From: Polaribacter sp.
GTDB lineage: Bacteria > Bacteroidota > Bacteroidia > Flavobacteriales > Flavobacteriaceae
Length of the DNA: 64,000 nucleotides
Assembly (NCBI GenBank): GCA_028336245.1
Contig: JAOKTT010000004.1
Span: forward strand, 962 to 64,961
Direction of reading: 5' to 3'
Shown: positions 53,149-63,106 of the stretch, one piece after another
How the letters are laid out: every line of letters starts with the position of its first letter
Position numbering within the stretch: the first letter of the stretch is position 1
Made by a program: the position numbers and the translations under genes
The notes under the pieces: generated by a model
The model's database searches: none
Told to the model about the DNA's origin: nothing
Seen by the model: only the letters and a program-made list of their open reading frames with translations

Positions 53149-54276
53149 TTAATTCAACATGAAAAGATCCGCAGCGATTCCATCTACAAGGAATCTTCCT
53201 TTCTCTCCGGTCTTCAAGGTTCCATTTTCAACAAACAACAAGGTCTCCTCGATGTGTTTTTTAGACTGGTTTTCTAAATAATTTAAATATTTTTCTCCAA
53301 AATTATCTTTAATCCCCTCTAAAGAAACACCCCAAATAGTTCTTAAACCCGTCATGACAAACTCATTGTATCGATCTGTAGTAGAAAGGGTTTCTCTTTC
53401 GATGGGCAATACATTCTCTTGAATAGATTTGATATACTTCGCATTGTTTTTAACATTCCAACTGCGTTGTTTTCCATCAAAGGAATGCGCAGAGGGTCCA
53501 ATACCCAAGTAGGCAACACCCAACCAATACGAAGAATTGTTTTTACTAAAAAACCCTTCTTTTCCGAAGCTAGACACTTCATACTGTATAAAACCTCCAA
53601 GAGCCAATTCCTTTGTTAGAATCTGAAATTGTTCTTGTGTCTTTGCGTCATCTACATTTTTGATTTTCCCGTTTTCTATCATTTTTTTTAGCGCGGTGTG
53701 TGGCTCTACAACAAGCGCATAACTTGAAATGTGTGGGATTCCAAAACTCAATGCTGTTTTTATATTTACCAACCATTCCTCATTCGTACAACCTGGAATT
53801 CCGTAAATTAAATCTAAAGAGATATTCTCAAAATAACGCGTTGCCAACACCAATGATTTTTTCGCCTCTGCTGCATTATGAGCGCGGTTCATTAACTTTA
53901 AATCTTTTTCGAAAAAAGATTGAATGCCAATACTTAATCTGTTTATTGGTGATTTAGAAAGTGCTATTATTTTTTCTTCAGACAAGTCGTCGGGGTTCGC
54001 CTCTAAGGTAATCTCTGGATTCTTTACGACTTCAAAGTTTAAATAAACTGCGGCTATTAATTTCTTAATTTCTGCCGTACTTAAAACAGATGGGGTACCT
54101 CCTCCAAAATAAATAGTCTCTATGGTAGTGTCCCCTAATTCCTCTTTTCGCAATTCGATTTCTCTTACTAAAGACACCATCATTTCTTCTTTTTTCTTTA
54201 ACGAGGTAGAAAAATGAAAATCGCAATAAAAACATGCTTGCTTGCAAAAAGGTATGTGAATGTAAATTCCGGACAT
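53149..54276 (-). CDS. hemW: Radical SAM heme chaperone HemW (HemN-like)
   Basis: YIHIPFCKQACFYCDF, YFGGGTPS, EANP, DLIYG. Confidence 0.88.
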   Translation of the reverse strand: MSGIYIHIPFCKQACFYCDFHFSTSLKKKEEMMVSLVREIELRKEELGDTTIETIYFGGGTPSVLSTAEIKKLIAAVYLNFEVVKNPEITLEANPDDLSEEKIIALSKSPINRLSIGIQSFFEKDLKLMNRAHNAAEAKKSLVLATRYFENISLDLIYGIPGCTNEEWLVNIKTALSFGIPHISSYALVVEPHTALKKMIENGKIKNVDDAKTQEQFQILTKELALGGFIQYEVSSFGKEGFFSKNNSSYWLGVAYLGIGPSAHSFDGKQRSWNVKNNAKYIKSIQENVLPIERETLSTTDRYNEFVMTGLRTIWGVSLEGIKDNFGEKYLNYLENQSKKHIEETLLFVENGTLKTGEKGRFLVDGIAADLFMLN

Positions 54277-54322
54277 AAATTAGTTATAGGTTATCGGTTA
54301 TTAATTTGTGTCTTTTTCTAAG

Positions 54323-54877
54323 CTATTTAATTTTCGAAGGATTGTCTTTCACAAAACTTGCCCAGCCTGTGTAGTTTTTTCCTCCAACAACTTTTCCTGA
54401 GTTATAAAAATGACAAACCGCTGCCGCTAAACCATCTGTTGCATCTAGATTTTTTGGAAGTGTTTTTAAATTTAAGAGCGATTTTAACATCAAAGCAACC
54501 TGCTCTTTACTAGCATTACCATTTCCTGTAACTGCCATTTTTATTTTCTTTGGCAAGTATTCTGTAATTGGTATTTCACGAGATAAACCTGCAGCCATGG
54601 CAACTCCTTGCGCCCTACCTAACTTTAACATCGATTGCACGTTTTTGCCAAAAAACGGCGCTTCAATTGCAATTTCATCAGGATTATAAGTATCTATTAG
54701 TTCTATTGTTCTCTCAAAAATGAGTTTTAGCTTTAGATAATGATCGTCATATTTTTTCAACATTAATTCATTCATCTGAATAAATTCCATCTTCTTTCCA
54801 ACAACCTTTATCAGTCCGAAACCCATAATTGTAGTTCCTGGGTCAATTCCTAAAATAATTTTCTCTGTTTTTACCAT
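54323..54877 (-). CDS. ruvC: Holliday junction resolvase RuvC
   Basis: [40 protein letters not shown]; ATG 54877. Confidence 0.95.
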   Translation of the reverse strand: MVKTEKIILGIDPGTTIMGFGLIKVVGKKMEFIQMNELMLKKYDDHYLKLKLIFERTIELIDTYNPDEIAIEAPFFGKNVQSMLKLGRAQGVAMAAGLSREIPITEYLPKKIKMAVTGNGNASKEQVALMLKSLLNLKTLPKNLDATDGLAAAVCHFYNSGKVVGGKNYTGWASFVKDNPSKIK

Positions 54878-54973
54878 ACATCTATTTGAAAGTACCACGG
54901 GAACAAACCAAAATTTTACAAATGGATTCCTTTACTAATTCCCCTTCTAAAAGCATGAATTAACATCCTATAA

Positions 54974-55099
54974 ACAGCGCGTTGCCCACGAATATACAAA
55001 TTTAAACAATTATTTTGGTTGCTGATAAAACTAAGGATTGTATTTATTTCCATGCCATTCATGGCGCTTTCGTTTGCCATAAGAATGCATACCTATTAA
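54974..55099 (+). pseudogene. Start-less relic resembling the N-terminus of a membrane protein
   Basis: Open frame YKFKQLFWLLIKLRIVFIS... with no start codon before it; the family resemblance is from memory only. Confidence 0.35.
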
Positions 55100-55227
55100 A
55101 ATAAAGCATCTAAAATAGCCTCCATTTTAAACCATAGCACTACTGCCAATCCTAATAATAGTATAAAAAAAAGTCCTTTTGTAGGTTTTGCTTCTTTTTT
55201 TCTTCCAAATTTTCTTTTAAATTCCAT
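55096..55227 (-). CDS. Small single-pass membrane protein, 43 aa (below ORF-track cutoff)
   Basis: MEFKRKFGRKKEAKPTKGLFFILLLGLAVVLWFKMEAILDALF*: basic N-terminus plus one TM; A-rich leader. Confidence 0.65.
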   Translation of the reverse strand: MEFKRKFGRKKEAKPTKGLFFILLLGLAVVLWFKMEAILDALF

Positions 55228-55289
55228 CTATTTTATTCTTTTAGTTTAAGCAAAAATGCCATTACGCTGCCGATAAAAATAGCACCCAT

Positions 55290-55967
55290 TTATGCGATAC
55301 GCTTCTTTGTAGCTCTCAGCATTTCCCTTTTTCCAGGAGGCCCAGGAATCCGTTCCACAGAAAAACCAACGGCCTGCATCGCTCTTCTTGCACTCCCTTT
55401 GGCACAGTAGGTAACTAAAACTCCATTTTCTCTAATAGCCTCATACATCTTTAAAAAAATTGCCTCTGTCCATAATTCTGGTTGATTTTTTGCGCCAAAA
55501 GCATCAAAATAAATCAAATCAAAAGCTTCTTTGTCAGCAACATCTTGAAAAAACTGTTTGCGCTTTGTCAGTTTAAAAGCTTCTGAAATTTCCTGCTGCT
55601 CTTCCCACGATATCTCATGCATTTTGTCAAAAAAATGCTGGTCTGCACTTGCGTTTAGTTCTTCAATATAATTCAATTGCACTACTTCTGATGCCGCAAC
55701 AGGATATGCTTCAACGCCTACGTACTCAATCTCTAATTTTTCCTTCCTACCCTCTAAAAAGGTGATAAATGCATTTAATCCAGTACCAAAACCTATTTCT
55801 AAAATAGCCAGTTTCCGGGTGTTGACGGTCACCTTATCTAAACCAGCGCGTAAAAAAACGTGATATGCCTCCTGAATAGCTCCGTATTTAGAATGATACT
55901 GCTCGTCCCAATCCGGTAAATGAATGGTGGTAGAGCCATCTGAAGTAATTAAAATTTCTCTTTTCAA
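55290..55967 (-). CDS. mnmD: tRNA mnm5s2U34 methyltransferase (stand-alone MnmC methyltransferase domain)
   Basis: DGSTT...YHS, LEIGFGTGLN, YFDAF, TYCAKG, PGPPGKREML. Confidence 0.9.
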   Translation of the reverse strand: MKREILITSDGSTTIHLPDWDEQYHSKYGAIQEAYHVFLRAGLDKVTVNTRKLAILEIGFGTGLNAFITFLEGRKEKLEIEYVGVEAYPVAASEVVQLNYIEELNASADQHFFDKMHEISWEEQQEISEAFKLTKRKQFFQDVADKEAFDLIYFDAFGAKNQPELWTEAIFLKMYEAIRENGVLVTYCAKGSARRAMQAVGFSVERIPGPPGKREMLRATKKRIA

Positions 55968-56047
55968 AATTATAATAACAAATTTATAGGATTCCTAAAA
56001 CAGAAACCTCGTTAAACAGCCCGCCTGCTCCCCTGCTTCAATTTCCC

Positions 56048-56557
56048 TTATTTCACTTTTAACAAAACACCACTGGCCTCGAAAGCAAACTCCTTTTTAA
56101 CACTTGTAATTTTTGCTATTTCCGCTACAGACTTTCCTGCATCCTCGGCATAATGACGTAATTCTTCAACAGACGTTACTGTTACAAATGCTTTTCCTGC
56201 AACAATTACATCTTTACCTTTGGCATCCAAAGGCATAAAAAAACCATAGTCCTTAAAGCGAACCATCGTTTCTTTTTCTTCTGCTAAAGGTAATTTCATC
56301 CAACATCCTTTAGCAGCACAAACTTCCTTAATTTCTGACGTAAATTTCACATTTATAGTATCGCCAACAGTCATGTCTTCAAATTTAGCGAACATCTGTA
56401 GCGAACTCATTGCATGCGCTTCCGTTATTTTAGCGCCAAAAGAGGAAAATTTCAATTGATTTAAAACAGGAATGAAAGCTTTACTTTCTTTTTCACTTTG
56501 CTTACAAGCGTTGCAACTAAAGAGAACAATAAGGCAGTAAAAAATAAGTGATTTCAT
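56048..56557 (-). CDS. DUF4920-like lipoprotein
   Basis: LFSC lipobox; VCAAKGCWM, VRFKDYGFFMP, LRHYAEDAGKS. Confidence 0.75.
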   Translation of the reverse strand: MKSLIFYCLIVLFSCNACKQSEKESKAFIPVLNQLKFSSFGAKITEAHAMSSLQMFAKFEDMTVGDTINVKFTSEIKEVCAAKGCWMKLPLAEEKETMVRFKDYGFFMPLDAKGKDVIVAGKAFVTVTSVEELRHYAEDAGKSVAEIAKITSVKKEFAFEASGVLLKVK

Positions 56558-56678
56558 AAAAATTAAATTCAAAATGAGCGTTGTAAATATACGGAATTAA
56601 ACACCAAAACGGCGATTTATATATTTCTTACGATGAATAAATTATGTACATTTGTGGAGAAATATAATTCAAAAAAAT

Positions 56679-57734
56679 ATGAGTTCTACTATAGAAATCA
56701 AACGTATAACAAAATCTAAAATAGCGTCTGTAGATTTTAACAACCTCCCTTTTGGCAGTGTTTTTTCTGACCATATGCTTACCTGTACCTTTAAAAATGG
56801 AGAATGGGAAAGCCCCATTATTGAACCTTATTCCCCAATATCCTTAGATCCTTCTGCTAAGATTTTTCATTATGGACAATCTATTTTCGAAGGCATGAAG
56901 GCCTATAAGGATGCTGAAGGAAACACCTTATTATTTAGACCTTTAGAAAATTGTAAGCGTTTAAACAAATCTGCGGAACGGTTGGTAATTCCTCAAATTC
57001 CTGAAGAAATTTTCATGCATGGTTTGAAAGAATTACTAAAAGTTGATGAAGCTTGGATTCCTACAAATGAGGGAAGTTCTTTGTATATAAGACCTTTTAT
57101 GTTTGCTTCTGGAAATGGATTTCACGCATCTCCAGCAGATGAATATAAATTTATGATTTGTACTGCACCCTCTGGTGCTTACTTTGCTGGAAAAGTAAAC
57201 GTTTTAATTGAAGAAAAATATGCCCGTGCTGCAAATGGTGGTGTTGGTTTTGCAAAAGCAGGTGGTAATTATGCTGCCCAGTTTTACCCAACACAGTTGG
57301 CGATTGAAAAAGGCTACAATCAAGTAATCTGGACAGATGACAATACGCATGAGTATATCGAAGAGGCTGGCGCTATGAATATTTTTGTTAGAATTAATGA
57401 TACCTTAATTACAAGCCCCACAAACGACCGAATTCTAGATGGTATTACGCGTAAAAGCATCCTCCAACTTGCCGAAGACCTTAACATGGCTATTGAAGTC
57501 CGAAAAATATCTGTTGCAGAAGTAATTACTGCTGCGCAGTCTGGAGCTTTAAAAGAAATGTTTGGTACTGGAACTGCTGCGGTAATTTCACCAATTTCAG
57601 GTTTCGGATTTCAAGAAAAAGACTACGAATTACCAGTATTAGAAACGCCCTTTGCAGGTGTACTAAAAAAAGCGATTACCGATATTCAAACTAATAAATC
57701 GGAAGATCCTTATGGCTGGAGAGTTCAACTTTAA
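56679..57734 (+). CDS. ilvE: Branched-chain amino acid aminotransferase
   Basis: HYGQSIFEGMKAY, LYIRP, KAGGNY, EEAGAMN, ILDGITR, GTAAVI; -7 box at 56647-56654 favours ATG 56679. Confidence 0.94.
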   Translation: MSSTIEIKRITKSKIASVDFNNLPFGSVFSDHMLTCTFKNGEWESPIIEPYSPISLDPSAKIFHYGQSIFEGMKAYKDAEGNTLLFRPLENCKRLNKSAERLVIPQIPEEIFMHGLKELLKVDEAWIPTNEGSSLYIRPFMFASGNGFHASPADEYKFMICTAPSGAYFAGKVNVLIEEKYARAANGGVGFAKAGGNYAAQFYPTQLAIEKGYNQVIWTDDNTHEYIEEAGAMNIFVRINDTLITSPTNDRILDGITRKSILQLAEDLNMAIEVRKISVAEVITAAQSGALKEMFGTGTAAVISPISGFGFQEKDYELPVLETPFAGVLKKAITDIQTNKSEDPYGWRVQL

Positions 57735-57752
57735 AAAAATACAGCTATTTTA

Positions 57753-57782
57753 GAAGCATCAATATATTGGTGCTTTTTTTTT
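57753..57782 (+). terminator. Probable terminator after ilvE
   Basis: AAGCATCAATATATTGGTGCTT hairpin plus T-run. Confidence 0.65.
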
Positions 57783-57802
57783 ATCTTTAGATTTTACGTT
57801 CT

Positions 57803-58747
57803 ATGATGAAACCACTATTCCTTATTTTTTGTCTTGCGTTGTGCTCCTGCACTACCAAAATAAAATTAGCTGGAAAGCCACCTATTTCTAAACAATATAT
57901 TACCGTTCTAGGAATTGCACAAGATGCCGGATACCCGCACATTGGTTGTCAAAAAAAATGCTGTAAAAATTTCTACGAAGGGAAGTATAAAAGACAGAAA
58001 GTAGTCTCTTTAGGTTTGGTAGATATCGAAAATAAACAAAAATGGTTGTTTGAGGCTACTCCAGATATTGCCACTCAATTAGCTGATTTAGAACAAAATC
58101 ATTTAAAAACAAATGTGTTAATTGATGGAATCTTTTTAACCCATGCCCACATTGGCCATTATGCTGGATTAATGTATTTTGGAAGAGAGGCACTCGGTCA
58201 AAAAGGGACGAAAGTATTTACAATGCCAAAAATGAGGGCATACTTGACTAAAAATGGCCCCTGGAGTCAGTTAGTGGAATTGAAAAACATCATTTTTAAA
58301 AAACTTCAAAATGATTCGACCCTCCTTTTAAATAACAAACTAAAAGTAACTCCTTTTTTAGTACCGCACAGAGACGAGTTTTCTGAAACCATTGGATATA
58401 AGATTGAAGGGTTGCATAAAACAGCTTTGTTCATCCCTGATATTAACAAATGGGAGAAATGGGAAAAAGATATTGTTTCGGAAGTTAAAAGCGTAGACTA
58501 TGCTTTTTTAGACGCTACTTTTTTTAAAGATGGTGAAATTAGCAGACCCATGTCAGAAATCCCGCACCCATTCATTGAAGAAACTATGAATTTATTTAAA
58601 GAGGAAACGATTTCCATAAAAAATAAGATCTACTTTATTCACTTTAACCACACAAATCCTGCACTTCAAATACTTTCGAATGAAAAAAATATTGCTCAGA
58701 AATTAGGCTTTAATTTTGCTACTGAAGGAATGCGTATCGACTTATAA
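57803..58747 (+). CDS. MBL-fold metallo-hydrolase, PqqB-like, lipoprotein
   Basis: LCSC lipobox; GIAQDAGYPHIGC...CC, THAHIGH, VPHRDE, HFNHTNP. Confidence 0.8.
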   Translation: MMKPLFLIFCLALCSCTTKIKLAGKPPISKQYITVLGIAQDAGYPHIGCQKKCCKNFYEGKYKRQKVVSLGLVDIENKQKWLFEATPDIATQLADLEQNHLKTNVLIDGIFLTHAHIGHYAGLMYFGREALGQKGTKVFTMPKMRAYLTKNGPWSQLVELKNIIFKKLQNDSTLLLNNKLKVTPFLVPHRDEFSETIGYKIEGLHKTALFIPDINKWEKWEKDIVSEVKSVDYAFLDATFFKDGEISRPMSEIPHPFIEETMNLFKEETISIKNKIYFIHFNHTNPALQILSNEKNIAQKLGFNFATEGMRIDL

Positions 58748-58779
58748 CTTCTAGATATTAAATTTTTTAACAGACTCCT

Positions 58780-59112
58780 ATGAATAATTATAAAAACAAC
58801 TACTTCCTTTTTTCACTTACAATGCTTCTAACAACTGTCTTTTTTCAATGCAGCCCAAGTAAAACGGTGTTTTATGAACAAGCAAGTAGCAACAATCAAT
58901 TTAAACACATTACCTATAATAGCGAAAATGTTAAAAATAAAAAATCTACTATCTTATACCTATGCGATGGGAAAGAGATTTCTGAAGCTACCCTGAACAC
59001 AATGCACCCTGCCGACATACAATCTATGGAAGTAATTAAGGACCCTGAAAAAATAAAAAAACACACCAACAAAGCATATGATGGTATTATTCTGATTCAC
59101 TTAAAAAAATAA
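58780..59112 (+). CDS. Small lipoprotein with TonB-plug-like C-terminal motif
   Basis: FFQC lipobox-like; DGKEI...HPADIQSMEVIKD...DGIILIHLKK. Confidence 0.6.
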   Translation: MNNYKNNYFLFSLTMLLTTVFFQCSPSKTVFYEQASSNNQFKHITYNSENVKNKKSTILYLCDGKEISEATLNTMHPADIQSMEVIKDPEKIKKHTNKAYDGIILIHLKK

Positions 59113-59113
59113 T

Positions 59114-59740
59114 ATGATAAGAAAAATAGTAACCTTACTCTTCGCAATTGCTGTTTTACAAGCTTGTAGCTCACAAGGAAAAAGAGCATTAGTAGGCGTA
59201 ACTGCATACCAACAGCAATTAAATGCTAGCTACAAAGATGCTTCGAAGTCCCCTTTAAAAAAGAAAGATTTGAAGACGTTCAAAGGCTTAGATTTCTTCC
59301 CCGTAGACTCTTCTTTTATCGTTCTTGCCACCTTGACAAAAACAGTAAATGCACCTACTTTTGAGATGGCTACAACCACGGATAGAAAGCCTTTGTATAA
59401 AGAATATGGTTTCTTATCGTTTTCTTTGGAAGGAAAAAAACACCAGTTAACCATCTATCGAAGTCAGGATGACTTAAGAGATGAAGCCTACAAAGACTAC
59501 CTCTTTCTACCCTTCACAGATGCCACGTCTGGCAACGAATCTTATGGAGGTGGCCGGTATATGGATGTCATGACTACTGACGAAAAACCGGATGGATCTA
59601 TTGCTTTAAACTTTAACAACACCTACAACCCTTACTGCGCTTATAATGACAAATATTCATGCCCATTAACACCTAGAAAGAATCATTTAGACGCTACTAT
59701 TAAGGCAGGCGTCAAAGTTTTTAAGAAACACGAACTATAG
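59114..59740 (+). CDS. DUF1684 family lipoprotein
   Basis: LQAC lipobox; LFLPFTDATSG.ESYGGGRY, FN..YNPYCAY...CP. Confidence 0.85.
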   Translation: MIRKIVTLLFAIAVLQACSSQGKRALVGVTAYQQQLNASYKDASKSPLKKKDLKTFKGLDFFPVDSSFIVLATLTKTVNAPTFEMATTTDRKPLYKEYGFLSFSLEGKKHQLTIYRSQDDLRDEAYKDYLFLPFTDATSGNESYGGGRYMDVMTTDEKPDGSIALNFNNTYNPYCAYNDKYSCPLTPRKNHLDATIKAGVKVFKKHEL

Positions 59741-59885
59741 TAACCTTTGTATACTCTTGTTTTCACTACAATTTGTAATCCAAAGGACCTCTTGAAATGA
59801 GAAAATAAAGAAAGCTTGCAAACGCTTAAAAAACAACGATTGTAACACAAGAATACCTCTCATATTTATTTCAAACCTGCAAAGA

Positions 59886-60587
59886 CTAAGGATTGATAGA
59901 AATATCACTTTTTAAATCCAATGCAATTGCAATTGCTAAAGCCTCTAAATGTAGTTTTCTCACTTTTAATTTTGTTGCAGCATGTGCCTTCTTATTTAGT
60001 TTAGAGGACATTTCTGCAATCTTAATTGCGGTTAATAGCAAAGCTTCTTCTGAAACTATTCTATCTAAAAAACCAGCTTCAACTGCTTGTTTAGAATTGT
60101 AAATTTCGGCATTGTTAACGCTTCTATTCAAATACACTTCAGACAAGCGGGCTTTTGCGATGGCAATTCCAGCATTGTGCATAGTCATACCAATCATTAC
60201 CTCATTCAGTCCAATTTTAAAGTCGCCTTCTACCCCAATTCTATAATCTGCCGATAGTAATAAAAATGCGCCTTTGGCAATTGCATGTCCAGAACATGCT
60301 ACAATAATAGGCTGTGGAAAAGACAGCATTCTTAAGGATAACTTAGACCCCTTTGTAACCAATTCTTTTGCAGATTCAGGAGACGCTGTCATGACCTTTA
60401 AATCAAATCCCGCAGAAAAAATTCCAGATTTACCTGTTAAAATAACTACTTTATTTTCTTTTTCCGCAGCATCTAAACTTTCATTTAAGCCTGCAATCAC
60501 CTCATGAGAAATTGCGTTTGCTTTCCCGTTATTAATTGTTATTATTGCGTACTTTTCTTCTGACTGATAGCTAACAAACTCGTTCAT
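59886..60587 (-). CDS. Crotonase/enoyl-CoA hydratase family protein
   Basis: GKANAI, FSAGFDL, GHAIAKG, GLNEV; ATG 60587. Confidence 0.88.
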   Translation of the reverse strand: MNEFVSYQSEEKYAIITINNGKANAISHEVIAGLNESLDAAEKENKVVILTGKSGIFSAGFDLKVMTASPESAKELVTKGSKLSLRMLSFPQPIIVACSGHAIAKGAFLLLSADYRIGVEGDFKIGLNEVMIGMTMHNAGIAIAKARLSEVYLNRSVNNAEIYNSKQAVEAGFLDRIVSEEALLLTAIKIAEMSSKLNKKAHAATKLKVRKLHLEALAIAIALDLKSDISINP

Positions 60588-60735
60588 TATATTGATTTTA
60601 CAACTTTTAAACAAGTTACAATAAAATTTTAAACAGCAAAATAATTGGATGAAAACATACTTCCTTTGCTACCCAAATTATTTTTATTATTATTTGTCTA
60701 AATTTGCAAAAAAATAAAGCAGCTGCGCCACTTTT

Positions 60736-62049
60736 ATGAGCTTACTGAGATATATGACCATACTTAAGAAATTCTTCCTTTCTTTCCAGCAAAGCTTTTC
60801 TTTTCTTTTCCTTTTAAAATGGACTTTTATATGTCTTCTAATTGGAGCATTCACAGGGAGCGCTTCTGCGGTTCTTCTATGGACTTTAGAATGGGCAACA
60901 GCATACAGAGAAAATAATGTATGGATTATTGCATTGCTGCCGGTTGGAGGTCTTTTTATTGGTTTATCCTATCATTATTTTGGAGAGCGTGTTGTAAAAG
61001 GAAATAATTTATTGATCGAAGAATATCATACCCCTAAAAAAATAATTCCTTTTAAAATGACTCCTTTGGTATTTATAGGAACTATTCTCACCCATTTGTT
61101 TGGAGGTTCTGCCGGGCGTGAGGGAACTGCTGTCCAAATTGGAGGTGCTATTGCTGACCAATTCACTAAAATTTTTAAACTTTCTAATCTAGATCGAAAA
61201 ATAATCTTGATTTCTGGAATAAGTGCTGGATTTTCTGCTGTTTTTGGAACCCCTTTGGCCGGTGCTATTTTTGCCCTTGAAGTATTACTTATCGGTCGCA
61301 TAAAATTTGATGCTATTTTACCGAGTTTTCTAGCCGCAGTTTTTGCAAATTACTTTTGTACTATTTGGCAAATTTCTCATCACACACATTATACGATTTC
61401 AACTGTTGCTGAACTGACACCCATAACCATTTTATGGTCTCTATTCGCGGGGGTTATTTTTGGACTCGTGAGTCTTTTGTTTTCAAAATCCACTCACCTG
61501 TGGGGGAATTTATTTAAAAAACAGATTTCTTATCCACCACTACGCCCAGTAATTGGAGGTGTAATTTTGGCCATAGTCGTGTATCTAATGGGGACTACAA
61601 AATACATAGGTCTTGGCATCCCCACCATTGTAGATGCCTTTAATATTGATTTAAATTCCTATGATTTCTTCCTAAAACTAATACTCACTTCTTTCACTTT
61701 AGGAGCAGGATTTAAAGGAGGCGAAGTAACTCCTTTATTTTTTATTGGTGCTACCCTAGGAAATGTACTCATATGGTTTATCCCTTTACCCATGCCTTTA
61801 TTAGCTGGAATGGGCTTTGTAGCTGTTTTTGCAGGAGCTACAAACACCCCAATTGCTTGCACAATTATGGGCATTGAACTCTTCGGAATTGAGTCTGGTG
61901 TTTTTATTGCTTTGGCCTGCACCACTTCTTACTTGTTCTCTGGACATACAGGAATTTATACTGCCCAAGTTATTGGGAGTCCAAAGCAGCTGTTTTTTAA
62001 GAATGATCTAGGAAAAACATTGCATGCTTTAAGGCAGAAAAAAAAATAA
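60736..62049 (+). CDS. CLC-family anion transporter, fluoride-specific CLC-F type
   Basis: GNNLL, GREGT and GEVTP signatures of the CLC-F clade. Confidence 0.85.
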   Translation: MSLLRYMTILKKFFLSFQQSFSFLFLLKWTFICLLIGAFTGSASAVLLWTLEWATAYRENNVWIIALLPVGGLFIGLSYHYFGERVVKGNNLLIEEYHTPKKIIPFKMTPLVFIGTILTHLFGGSAGREGTAVQIGGAIADQFTKIFKLSNLDRKIILISGISAGFSAVFGTPLAGAIFALEVLLIGRIKFDAILPSFLAAVFANYFCTIWQISHHTHYTISTVAELTPITILWSLFAGVIFGLVSLLFSKSTHLWGNLFKKQISYPPLRPVIGGVILAIVVYLMGTTKYIGLGIPTIVDAFNIDLNSYDFFLKLILTSFTLGAGFKGGEVTPLFFIGATLGNVLIWFIPLPMPLLAGMGFVAVFAGATNTPIACTIMGIELFGIESGVFIALACTTSYLFSGHTGIYTAQVIGSPKQLFFKNDLGKTLHALRQKKK

Positions 62050-62060
62050 AATAACGTTGC

Positions 62061-63029
62061 TTACAATTTCAACTCTTTTACATCGATCCAATTTTTCTTT
62101 TGGGTCACAGTTCCTTTATTCAAAATAACAACTCCAGGATTGGCTCTAATCATTGTTTTTAAAGTCGTCTCATCGCAGAATAAAAACTCGAAAGGCAAGT
62201 TGTATTTTTCTTTAGCCACCATCAAATCGTCTGAAAAAGAGGCAGAAACACCGTAAACAGTATAGCCTTTTTTCATTGCTTTTTCTGAGACCTCTTTAAT
62301 TTCAGGAAAGCCCGCTGCATCTGTTTTGCTGAGGTTGTATATAATGACCAACATTACTTTTTCCTTTTCTAAAAGTATTGGCGCCAAATCCTGCTGTACA
62401 TCTTCTAACATAAAATCGTGGACTGGGGCGATCGAACCATCCTTTGGGTATTTCATTCCCTCTTGTAAGTTTTTACCAATCGCATATGCTCTGAAATCAA
62501 TAAGCGGCAAATGTGTGAGCACATGTTGGACAATAAACAAAAACCCCGTTAAGGATAAAAAGGTAATTACTTTTGGTGCGTTGCCTTTGAAAATAGGTTT
62601 TATGAGTTTAATTTTTAGTAATAAAATAAGGATGAGTCCAATTAAAATTACATTTTTATAAAAGGTTTCCCAGGGCGTCAACTTAATGGCATCTCCAAAA
62701 CAACCACAATCTGTCACTTTATTATAATAAGCAGAATACCAAGTTAGAAACAAGAAAACAAGACTTAGAAGTAACAAACTCCACACTGTAAACTTGGATT
62801 TATAACCGATTAAAATCATAACTCCTAATAAAATTTCTGCAACAATTAAAACGATTGCAAAGAGCAAAGCATACGGAATTAAAAATTCCATATTTAATAC
62901 AGCTTCTGAAAAATATTCTTGAAATTTGTACTGAGAGCCAATTGGATCCACCAATTTCACAAAACCTGAAAAGATAAATAAAGTTCCAACTAGTATTCTT
63001 GAAATTTGCGTAACCGCTTTTTGCATCAT
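62061..63029 (-). CDS. DoxX/MauE-like membrane protein (BT_3928-like)
   Basis: FIFSGFVKLVDP, DCGCFGDA, LPLIDFRAY, IRANPG. Confidence 0.8.
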   Translation of the reverse strand: MMQKAVTQISRILVGTLFIFSGFVKLVDPIGSQYKFQEYFSEAVLNMEFLIPYALLFAIVLIVAEILLGVMILIGYKSKFTVWSLLLLSLVFLFLTWYSAYYNKVTDCGCFGDAIKLTPWETFYKNVILIGLILILLLKIKLIKPIFKGNAPKVITFLSLTGFLFIVQHVLTHLPLIDFRAYAIGKNLQEGMKYPKDGSIAPVHDFMLEDVQQDLAPILLEKEKVMLVIIYNLSKTDAAGFPEIKEVSEKAMKKGYTVYGVSASFSDDLMVAKEKYNLPFEFLFCDETTLKTMIRANPGVVILNKGTVTQKKNWIDVKELKL

Positions 63030-63106
63030 GAATTGTTTTTTTATTAGAATGGAGATGGTTTTGTCTTTTACGGCACTGCACCCCTCTTTACTTTTAACTT
63101 AAAAAA

